DNA of 64,000 bases, taken from positions 101 through 64,100 of IMG/VR virus record IMGVR_UViG_3300002219_000599. One strand, given 5' to 3'. Source of the DNA: a virus. A model generated the notes under the pieces. It had not been told where the DNA came from, searched no databases, and saw only the letters and a program-made list of their open reading frames with translations. Within the stretch, counting starts at the first letter, position 1. The number at the start of each line of letters is the position of its first letter. Of the stretch, positions 10,341 to 18,040 are shown piece by piece. A program made the translations under genes and the position numbers.

Positions 10341-10363
10341 AAGTGCTGAAAGGAGATGGTCTT

Positions 10364-10663
10364 TTGCGAGAAAGTTTAATAGAGAGAAAATTGGTCACCG
10401 AAGTAAAAAAGCGTGGTGGGCTTGCTGTCAAATTTGTATCCCCCGGTCTCGATGGGGTGCCCGACCGTCTTGTCCTTTTCCCAGGTGGCAAGCTGGCTTT
10501 TGTGGAATTGAAAGCCCCCAGAAGAACCATGCGACCCTTGCAAGAGAAACGGGCAAGGCAGCTGACAGAGTTAGGCTTTCAAGTCTACTGCGTGGACAAT
10601 AAAGAAAAGATTGGAGGTGTGCTTGATGAAATTGAAATGTCAGTGGTGCGGCAAGGAATTTGA
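10364..10663 (+). CDS. VRR-NUC domain nuclease
   Basis: KFVSPGLDGVPDRLVL...FVELKAP; RBS AGGAGA before TTG 10364. Confidence 0.85.
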   Translation: MRESLIERKLVTEVKKRGGLAVKFVSPGLDGVPDRLVLFPGGKLAFVELKAPRRTMRPLQEKRARQLTELGFQVYCVDNKEKIGGVLDEIEMSVVRQGI

Positions 10664-11066
10664 GTCTAATCGCAAAGACAGAAAATTCTGTTGCCAGGAT
10701 TGTCATTACAAACACGCTTCCAAAAAACATAATCCTGAGGGGTATAATCGAAGGCCGGATTTGTCGGAACTGAATCGCCGTCTAAATCCAAACCGCATGA
10801 CCGATGAGGTCAGAACAAAACTTGCTCTCTTGCGGTTAGGCGAAGGTGAAGAAAAGACTTACATTAAGTTGAATGGCAGACATATGCATCGAATCGTGGC
10901 CGAGATGAAATTGGGTAGGCAATTGCGACCGGGAGAGGTTGTTCATCATATTGACGGAGATAAAAGGAATAACCGTCCTGAAAATATTGAAGTGCTTTCA
11001 AGTCAGAGCGAACACGCTCGTGAGCATATCAGGAAAGGGGATTTAGTGCATGGAAAAACTAAGTAA
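10626..11066 (+). CDS. Free-standing HNH (homing-type) endonuclease with N-terminal Zn finger
   Basis: CQWC...CCQDC; HRIVAE...VVHHIDGDKRNNRPENI. Confidence 0.8.
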   Translation: MKLKCQWCGKEFESNRKDRKFCCQDCHYKHASKKHNPEGYNRRPDLSELNRRLNPNRMTDEVRTKLALLRLGEGEEKTYIKLNGRHMHRIVAEMKLGRQLRPGEVVHHIDGDKRNNRPENIEVLSSQSEHAREHIRKGDLVHGKTK

Positions 11067-12408
11067 AAATCTTATGCATCAGTATCAACTGTATTGCATT
11101 GATTTTATAAAAGAGCATCCGGATTGCGGCATCTTCCTGGATTGTGGATTGGGTAAAAGTATCATTGCTTTGACCGTTATATGGGATTTAGCTTTGGATA
11201 ACTTCGATATCGGCAAGATTCTCGTTATCGCTCCCAAGCGAGTGGCAGAAGATACCTGGCCGAAGGAGCTGGCAAAGTGGGAGCATCTAACGGGACTGAC
11301 ATACTCTTTGGTTCTTGGCAGTCAGAAGCAGAGAGAAGCTGCACTTAACAAACCTGCCTTTGTCTATATTATCAATCGTGAAAATGTGACATGGCTTGTT
11401 GAAAATTGGCAGTGGGATTTCGATACTGTGGTCATTGATGAACTTTCCAGTTTCAAATCCAATAAGGCACAGCGGTTCAAGGCTTTGAAGAAAGTCCGCC
11501 CAAAAATTCAGAGGGTCATAGGGCTAACAGGCACTCCTGCACCAAACTCGCTTCTTGACTTATGGCCTCAGATGTATCTGCTTGATAGGGGGCAAAGGTT
11601 AGGACGGTTTATCGGAGGATATCGCGATAGGTTCTTCAAGCCTGATAAGCGAAACCGCGAAATCATTTATTCATATAAACCACGAGATGGAGCAGAAGAA
11701 GCTATCTATGATCTGATTTCTGATATATGCATTTCCATGAAAGCTGTGGACTTCCTCGATATGCCGGAAAAAATCAGTAACCACATTGAGGTATCGATGG
11801 ATCAGAAGGAGCAGCAGTTTTACGACATTTTTCAGAAAGATATGGTTCTGTCCATCAAGGGCGAGGAAATTGATGCGATCAATGCTGCGGGACTTTCAAA
11901 CAAACTGCTGCAGATGGCAAATGGAGCAGTGTACGGAGAGGATAAAAAAGTAATTCGCATTCATGACAGGAAGTTGGATGCACTGGAGGATTTGATTGAA
12001 GCTGCCAACGGCAAACCGCTTCTCGTGGCTTACTGGTACAAGCATGATCTGGCGCGTATCCGTGAGCGGTTTGATGTCAGATGCATCGATACCCCACAGG
12101 ATATTGAGGACTGGAACACAGGGAAGATACCTGTGGCGCTGATCCATCCTGCTTCGGCAGGACATGGGCTTAATCTTCAAGAAGGCGGCTCCACTGTAGT
12201 ATGGTTTGGGCTTACCTGGTCTTTAGAGTTATATCAGCAGTTGAACGCAAGGCTCTGGCGGCAGGGTCAGAAAAACACCGTTGTGATTCATCACATCGTC
12301 ACCCGTGGCACACATGACGAGGATGTGATGAGGGCGCTGGAAGCAAAGGATATGAGGCAGTCTGCGCTTATTGAAGCAGTCAAAGCCAGGATTGGAGGTG
12401 CAGTATGA
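11050..12408 (+). CDS. SNF2-family phage helicase
   Basis: DCGLGKS, IDELS, LTGTP, SAGHGLNLQ and QLNARLWRQGQ motifs. Confidence 0.9.
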   Translation: MEKLSKNLMHQYQLYCIDFIKEHPDCGIFLDCGLGKSIIALTVIWDLALDNFDIGKILVIAPKRVAEDTWPKELAKWEHLTGLTYSLVLGSQKQREAALNKPAFVYIINRENVTWLVENWQWDFDTVVIDELSSFKSNKAQRFKALKKVRPKIQRVIGLTGTPAPNSLLDLWPQMYLLDRGQRLGRFIGGYRDRFFKPDKRNREIIYSYKPRDGAEEAIYDLISDICISMKAVDFLDMPEKISNHIEVSMDQKEQQFYDIFQKDMVLSIKGEEIDAINAAGLSNKLLQMANGAVYGEDKKVIRIHDRKLDALEDLIEAANGKPLLVAYWYKHDLARIRERFDVRCIDTPQDIEDWNTGKIPVALIHPASAGHGLNLQEGGSTVVWFGLTWSLELYQQLNARLWRQGQKNTVVIHHIVTRGTHDEDVMRALEAKDMRQSALIEAVKARIGGAV

Positions 12409-12896
12409 GCGAAAGGATAGAAAAAATAATGCAGGAATATCAGCAGATGGTGATGGAGCGAACTTGTCTTGAAAACCAGATATTGAATTTTAAAGGCATC
12501 ACTGAAACAGAGATGATTGACTCTATGTACTTCTCCCATCCAGAAGGTGAGCGTGTTCAGACGAGCGGTGTTTCAGAAAAGACAGCAACCATCGCCATGA
12601 AATATAGGAACAAGATGGAGCGAATCAACCTTGAGTGGCGGGAGCATCTGGAAAAGAAACATTCGATGCTTGCAGAGGAATTAATCTTTTTCGAGGCAGC
12701 TGTTCTTTCCTTGAGTGGCATTCTCCCGGACTTCATTTCAGATATGGTCATCGAAGGGATGACATGGGATGATCTGGCTGACAGGTACCATGTCAGCCGG
12801 ACGATGGTGGCAAAGTACCGAAAGAAGGCAATTCGTGAATTGCAAATCTTATATGCCATCCACGACAAAGAAATAGCAGAATACATTTTAAGTTGA
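12405..12896 (+). CDS. RinA/ArpU/DUF1492-like late transcriptional activator candidate
   Basis: C-terminal sigma-region-4-like HTH (EGMTWDDLADRYHVSRTMVAKYRKKAI); position at the end of the replication module. Confidence 0.65.
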   Translation: MSERIEKIMQEYQQMVMERTCLENQILNFKGITETEMIDSMYFSHPEGERVQTSGVSEKTATIAMKYRNKMERINLEWREHLEKKHSMLAEELIFFEAAVLSLSGILPDFISDMVIEGMTWDDLADRYHVSRTMVAKYRKKAIRELQILYAIHDKEIAEYILS

Positions 12897-12906
12897 GGTG
12901 AATGCG

Positions 12907-13281
12907 ATGTGTAAAAGAGGAGATATTTATTTCGTTGATTTCGGCAAGAACATAGATACGAGAAAACAGTGTGGAGTCCGTCCTGTGGTTGTAGTAAGTA
13001 ATAATAGAGCCAATGCCTATTCTCCGGTTATCACCGTTGTGCCTCTAACTTCAAAAATACACAAGAAGCGGTTTCTTCCAACCCATGTGTACATTCCAGT
13101 AACAGCCGGGTGTGGATTGGACTACCCTAGTGTGGCTTTGGCGGAACAAGTTGACAGCATAGATAAAAGTATGTTACTGGAAAAAAGGGGATATATAAGC
13201 AGTAAGTCACTCATGAGTCAAATCACGAAGGCCATTCAAATTCAAGTGGGGGTATTTGAGGATTTTAATATGTGGTTATAA
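12907..13281 (+). CDS. PemK/MazF-family endoribonuclease
   Basis: KRGDIYFVDF...QCGVRPVVVVSN...ITVVPLTS...ALAEQVDSIDK; RBS GAGGTG before ATG 12907. Confidence 0.85.
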   Translation: MCKRGDIYFVDFGKNIDTRKQCGVRPVVVVSNNRANAYSPVITVVPLTSKIHKKRFLPTHVYIPVTAGCGLDYPSVALAEQVDSIDKSMLLEKRGYISSKSLMSQITKAIQIQVGVFEDFNMWL

Positions 13282-13342
13282 TGACAAGCGTTTAGTATAA
13301 TTAACTTATTAGAGTTTTTATATTAAAAATGGGAGTGATGCT

Positions 13343-14299
13343 ATGCATAATGTGATGCGATTATCTCCAGATGACAAACTCAATATGCATGAATATAAAC
13401 CTATTGAATCAAGCACCTGGAATCAAGAGCAATGGTCAAAGGAAAGCCCGATGGATTACATAAAGGCAGTAAAAGTAATCAATAGTTTTCCTGTCGAAAT
13501 CAGACAAGAAATATTCAAACAAATTTTTACAATTACTAGATTATACCTGCCTGAAATCCTCTATAAATTTCATTCCATAACCGATGATCAAAGATTGAAT
13601 GAATTGAAGATAAAAACGCTTAAAAACAAGGAAGTTTTTCTAGCGGAGTTAAGTCAATTCAACGATCCATTTGACGGGAGAGCTATTTTTTATAACCCTG
13701 ATGAGTTGAAAAACTTGGAGGTCTTGAAAGAACATGGAGGTAGGTTGATTGATGATTTTGCTTCTTATCACATAGGGACTTCATTATCAGCGACCAATTA
13801 CATGAATATGCCAATGTGGGCACATTATTCGAATAACCATCGAGGTTACTGTGTCTCTTATGAAACTTCTAAGAGCCCTATGATTAGGAGCTTTGCATTT
13901 CCAATACAATACCTGGATGCCCGCATCGATATTTCAGATTATATGGTTAAGTTCGCTGAGTATGCTTTGACAGAAAAGAAAAAGCAGTTGGCATTAGGGA
14001 ATAAAAATATAGTATTATATGATCTTACTTTAGTGTTCATCATACAGTTACTTGATAACATTAAGGGAATTGACTGGTCCTATGAAAAAGAATTTAGACT
14101 ATCGTTGCCGAAAACACATCCGAGTCGTTATGTCGGGTTGAAGCCTCATCAGGTTTACATTGGGAAGAACTGTGATGTTGATACTGAAAATGCCCTCATT
14201 AATATTGCTAAGAATCAAAACATAGCAGTATATAAAATGACACAAGGAACAACAAGTGATGGTTTTGCAATGCGGCCAGTTCTCATGTTTTCCCCATGA
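13343..14299 (+). CDS. DUF2971 family protein (AT-rich accessory gene)
   Basis: LYKF, FNDPFD, MWAHYSNNHRGYC and WSYEKEFR motifs. Confidence 0.75.
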   Translation: MHNVMRLSPDDKLNMHEYKPIESSTWNQEQWSKESPMDYIKAVKVINSFPVEIRQEIFKQIFTITRLYLPEILYKFHSITDDQRLNELKIKTLKNKEVFLAELSQFNDPFDGRAIFYNPDELKNLEVLKEHGGRLIDDFASYHIGTSLSATNYMNMPMWAHYSNNHRGYCVSYETSKSPMIRSFAFPIQYLDARIDISDYMVKFAEYALTEKKKQLALGNKNIVLYDLTLVFIIQLLDNIKGIDWSYEKEFRLSLPKTHPSRYVGLKPHQVYIGKNCDVDTENALINIAKNQNIAVYKMTQGTTSDGFAMRPVLMFSP

Positions 14300-14375
14300 T
14301 TAATAGTTTGTTCTTAATTTTTTTAAGTTCTTGACAATCAAGATATAAACATAAATCTAATTGATAAGATGGAGT

Positions 14376-14437
14376 GTGTACTAAAGGTGTACTAAATGTG
14401 TACTGCTTTTTCATTTCTTTCGTACTATACTTATAAT
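14376..14437 (+). promoter_or_regulatory. Putative activator-dependent late promoter
   Basis: GTGTACT three times at an 11-bp period (14376, 14387, 14398); TATAAT at 14432; no good -35. Confidence 0.6.
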
Positions 14438-14492
14438 TGCCAGGAAAGTATACAAGGGCTTGGGGCTTGACCTCAGGCTCTTTTTCTTTGGC

Positions 14493-14546
14493 CGGATGCG
14501 TCTTTCATCCTTTCACGCATCCGTACATACGAAAGGAGTGATAAAG
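14493..14546 (+). promoter_or_regulatory. Candidate cis-regulatory RNA pseudoknot occluding the metK ribosome-binding site
   Basis: Stem CGGATGCGT/ACGCATCCG; loop TCCTTTC complementary to SD GAAAGGA at 14531-14537. Confidence 0.45.
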
Positions 14547-14547
14547 T

Positions 14548-15597
14548 ATGATTTTTACAAGCGAACAAGTATCGTGCGGACACCCGGATAAGATCTGCGA
14601 TCAGATTTCGGACGCAATCGTTACTGACTGTCTGAAGTACGATAGAAATAGCCGTGTGGCAGCGGAGTGTCTAATCAAGGACTATGACATAATCATTGCA
14701 GGAGAAATAAGCTCCAAGCACACACCTGATTATAAGGTTCTGGTTGCAAAGGTTCTTAACCGCATCGGGCTTTCCGATGTCGACAAATATAAGGTAAAAG
14801 TCCTGGTCAGCAAGCAGAGTGCGGATATAGCTCTCGGTGTTGATGGCAATCAAGGCGCAGGAGACCAGGGCATGATGTTCGGTTATGCCACGAGTGAAAC
14901 ACTTGAGTTTATGCCGATTCCCTATGCCGTTGCCACACATGCATTGCGGCTGCTTCGAGACATTAACAATCCCATGCTTCTGCCGGATGCAAAGAGCCAG
15001 GTTTCTTATGATTACGAAAAGGGCCGCATCACCACATTCCTTATCAGCACCCAGCATCGTGAAGATGTGACTGTTGATGAGATCAAGCCTATTGTAGAAG
15101 CGGTCATGGAGATGGCGGCTTTGAACTATGGACTGAACATTGACTTTGAAAAACTCGTGAATCCCACGGGGAGATTCGTCATTGGTTCCTCCTTTGCAGA
15201 CAGCGGCCTGACAGGCAGAAAGATAATTGCCGATACCTACGGCGGGATGTGTCGTCACGGTGGCGGTGCGTTCTCCGGCAAAGATCCCACGAAGGTGGAC
15301 AGAAGCGGGGCTTACATGGCGAGGAAGATAGCAAAGGACATTGTCAGTCTTGAGTACGCAGAACGCTGTGAAGTACAGCTTGCCTATGCCATCGGCATTG
15401 CCGAGCCTGTGTCTGTAGCTATTGAGTGCTTCGGTACCGATCATGTGCCGATGGATTTCATTCAAGACTTCATCCGGGACAACTACGACCTTACTCCACG
15501 AGGAATAATTGAAGCACTCCACCTGTTGGATGTAGATTATAACTGTGTCAGTTCTTATGGCCACTTCGGCAAGGCACTGCTTCCTTGGGAGGAGTAA
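14548..15597 (+). CDS. metK: S-adenosylmethionine synthetase
   Basis: FTSEQV-GHPDKICDQISDA, GAGDQG, GLTGRKII-DTYGG and GGGAFSGKDPTKVDRS motifs. Confidence 0.95.
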   Translation: MIFTSEQVSCGHPDKICDQISDAIVTDCLKYDRNSRVAAECLIKDYDIIIAGEISSKHTPDYKVLVAKVLNRIGLSDVDKYKVKVLVSKQSADIALGVDGNQGAGDQGMMFGYATSETLEFMPIPYAVATHALRLLRDINNPMLLPDAKSQVSYDYEKGRITTFLISTQHREDVTVDEIKPIVEAVMEMAALNYGLNIDFEKLVNPTGRFVIGSSFADSGLTGRKIIADTYGGMCRHGGGAFSGKDPTKVDRSGAYMARKIAKDIVSLEYAERCEVQLAYAIGIAEPVSVAIECFGTDHVPMDFIQDFIRDNYDLTPRGIIEALHLLDVDYNCVSSYGHFGKALLPWEE

Positions 15598-15600
15598 GCC

Positions 15601-15960
15601 ATGCCACGAAGACCAAACACCCCGTGCAAGCACCCAGGATGCTGCCGGCTTGTTCCCTACGGAGCTAAGTACTGTGAGGAACACGCAACTATGCACCGAT
15701 CAGATGTAAAGGGTACAAAGGAGAAAGGCTACAACAATAGATGGCGCAAGGCACGAACCAGGTTTCTGAAAGCGCATCCCTTGTGTGTGAAGTGCATGGA
15801 TCAGGGCAGGCTTGTGAAAGCCACGGTGGTTGACCACATCATTCCGCACCGGGGTGACCAAGCTTTGTTCTGGGACGAAGCCAACTGGCAGCCGCTGTGC
15901 AAGCCGTGCCACGACACCAAGACAATGACCGAGGATAGGTACCAGGAATTCCGGTACTGA
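15601..15960 (+). CDS. Terminase-associated HNH endonuclease
   Basis: HPLCVKC...VVDHIIPHRGD...NWQPLCKPCH. Confidence 0.88.
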   Translation: MPRRPNTPCKHPGCCRLVPYGAKYCEEHATMHRSDVKGTKEKGYNNRWRKARTRFLKAHPLCVKCMDQGRLVKATVVDHIIPHRGDQALFWDEANWQPLCKPCHDTKTMTEDRYQEFRY

Positions 15961-16060
15961 CCACCCCCAGGGGCGGTCGAAATCTCTAGAGCGTGGGTGC
16001 CGAAAGACCGCCGCCCCCAACCGTGTGAAAAATCGCAGAATTAACCAGGGGGGATACCCC
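15961..16060 (+). other. Putative cos/packaging site region
   Basis: GC-rich noncoding stretch directly after the packaging HNH (GGGGCGGTC...GACCGCCGCCCC...TCGCAGAATT...GGGGGGATACCCC); position typical of cos in HK97-like phages. Confidence 0.5.
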
Positions 16061-16249
16061 GAAGGCGCCGGAATACACACGAAAATTCATAAGAAATAGC
16101 GAAAGTGCCGTGAAACAAGGAGTTCTTTTTCACTTTGGTTTTCTACGGCTTTCGCCGGATTATAGCTGAAAAGGCTGTAAAACACTTGCTCAAACGCAGG
16201 GTTTTGCGGTCTTTTTTTATAGAAAATTTTAGCGAAAGGATGTGAAGCA

Positions 16250-16732
16250 ATGACATATTTTCAAACAAAACAGATACGGGAACTGCGCATGCGAGGAGTC
16301 GGATACAAGGCCATTGCTTCGGTTGTAGGTCTTTCCCGTGACGTGGTCCGCAACTACTGCAAGAGCCACAACCTTGACGGCTATGCAGCTGAGTTGACTG
16401 TGAATATGAAAGAACAGATGCAGCAAGGTAAAGCCTGCCTGTGCTGCGGTAAAGATATCAAACAGCCGGAGACAGGACGCAAGCGCAAGTTCTGCTCGGA
16501 CAAATGCAGACGTGGATGGTGGGCTGCACACCCAGAGGTCGTGCAGAAAAAGGATACGGCCTTATATGAGAAGACCTGTGTCTACTGCGGCAAGTCTTTT
16601 ACCGTTTATGGAAACAAGAACAGAAAATACTGCAGCCACGAATGTTATGTACATGACAGGTTTTGGTGGGAGGAAGAGGGCAGAGATCCATATGAAAGTC
16701 CTGCCAAATATGAGGAGGTAAACCATGAGTGA
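16250..16732 (+). CDS. HTH plus Zn-finger phage protein
   Basis: GVGYKAIASVVGLSRDVVRNYC HTH; two CxxC...FCS/YCS Zn-finger units. Confidence 0.7.
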   Translation: MTYFQTKQIRELRMRGVGYKAIASVVGLSRDVVRNYCKSHNLDGYAAELTVNMKEQMQQGKACLCCGKDIKQPETGRKRKFCSDKCRRGWWAAHPEVVQKKDTALYEKTCVYCGKSFTVYGNKNRKYCSHECYVHDRFWWEEEGRDPYESPAKYEEVNHE

Positions 16733-17993
16733 AATGAAATGGCAGTCGCTGCCTACGGATGCTCTCCGTCCGGCAGAATACAATCCCCGCAAGAAACTGA
16801 AGTCGGGAGACAAGGAATACGAGAAAATCAAAAGCTCCATTCTGGAGTTCGGATATGTTGAACCCATCATTGTCAATTACGATTTGACGGTCATCGGCGG
16901 GCACCAAAGGCTGACGGTCCTGAAAGACCTGGGTTATACCGAAGTGCAGTGTGTGGTCGTTGAAATCAAGGACGAGAACAAGGTCAAGGCTCTGAACATC
17001 GCCCTAAATAAAATAACAGGTGTCTGGAACGAGCAACTCCTAGCTGATCTTATTGTGGATTTGCAGACGGCAAACTTCAATACGGATTTTACAGGCTTTG
17101 AAGCGCCGGAAATCGAGCAGCTTTTCTCCAAAGTCCATAACAAGGAAATCAAAGAAGATGATTTTGATGTTGACGAGGCTCTAAAGAAGCCGACCATATC
17201 AACGAAGGGTGATGTCTGGCTACTTGGAAAGCATAGGTTTATTTGCGGTGACTCAACCCTGCCTGAAACCTATGCCGCCCTCATGGAAGGCAATCGAGCG
17301 AACCTTGTGGTGACAGATCCCCCATACAACGTAAACGTGGAGGAAACCGCAGGGAAGATTCAAAATGACAATATGTCTGATACGGATTTCTATAAGTTCC
17401 TGTTTGCAGCCTTCGTCAATATGGAGCAGAACATGGAAATTGATGCTTCCATCTATGTGTTCCACGCAGACACCCAGGGGCTTAACTTCCGCAGGGCATT
17501 TGCCGATGCCGGGTTCTATCTTTCCGGGTGCTGCATCTGGAAAAAGAACTCGCTAGTCCTTGGCCGCTCCCCATACCAATGGCAGCACGAACCGTGTCTG
17601 TTCGGATGGAAGAAAGGCGGCAAGCACCAGTGGTACACAGACCGCAAGCAGACAACCGTCTGGGAATATGACCGTCCGAGATCCTCAAAGGAGCATCCGA
17701 CCATGAAGCCCGTGGCTTTGATGGCGTATCCGGTCCAGAATTCCTGCATGAGCAACTGCATCGTGCTTGACCCATTCCTAGGAAGCGGCTCCACGCTGAT
17801 CGCTTGCGAGCAGACAGGGCGTATCTGCTACGGTATTGAGTTGGATGAGAAATTTGCGGATGTCATCGTGAACCGCTTTGTGGAAGCGACAGGAGATTCA
17901 ACAAGTGTGTTTTTACTTCGTGGCGGGGTTCGTGTTCCCTATGCCGAGGTCCGGAAAGCGGTAGCAAATACAACTGAAGATACAGACAGTTAA
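16725..17993 (+). CDS. ParB-like N-terminus fused to an N4/N6 DNA methyltransferase (beta type)
   Basis: YNPRK...IGGHQRL (ParB); TDPPY; HPTMKP; LDPFLGSGST. Confidence 0.9.
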   Translation: MSEMKWQSLPTDALRPAEYNPRKKLKSGDKEYEKIKSSILEFGYVEPIIVNYDLTVIGGHQRLTVLKDLGYTEVQCVVVEIKDENKVKALNIALNKITGVWNEQLLADLIVDLQTANFNTDFTGFEAPEIEQLFSKVHNKEIKEDDFDVDEALKKPTISTKGDVWLLGKHRFICGDSTLPETYAALMEGNRANLVVTDPPYNVNVEETAGKIQNDNMSDTDFYKFLFAAFVNMEQNMEIDASIYVFHADTQGLNFRRAFADAGFYLSGCCIWKKNSLVLGRSPYQWQHEPCLFGWKKGGKHQWYTDRKQTTVWEYDRPRSSKEHPTMKPVALMAYPVQNSCMSNCIVLDPFLGSGSTLIACEQTGRICYGIELDEKFADVIVNRFVEATGDSTSVFLLRGGVRVPYAEVRKAVANTTEDTDS

Positions 17994-18040
17994 GGCATGG
18001 AGTGCTCCGTGCCTTTTATTTTTGAAAGGAGCGGACAACC

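Noticed and set aside
14440..14547. Known SAM-I or SMK (SAM-III) riboswitch upstream of metK
   Set aside because: Consensus elements of these classes were not recognisable; reported only as an unclassified pseudoknot candidate
14671..15696. 341-aa minus-strand ORF
   Set aside because: Antisense shadow of metK with no recognisable motifs
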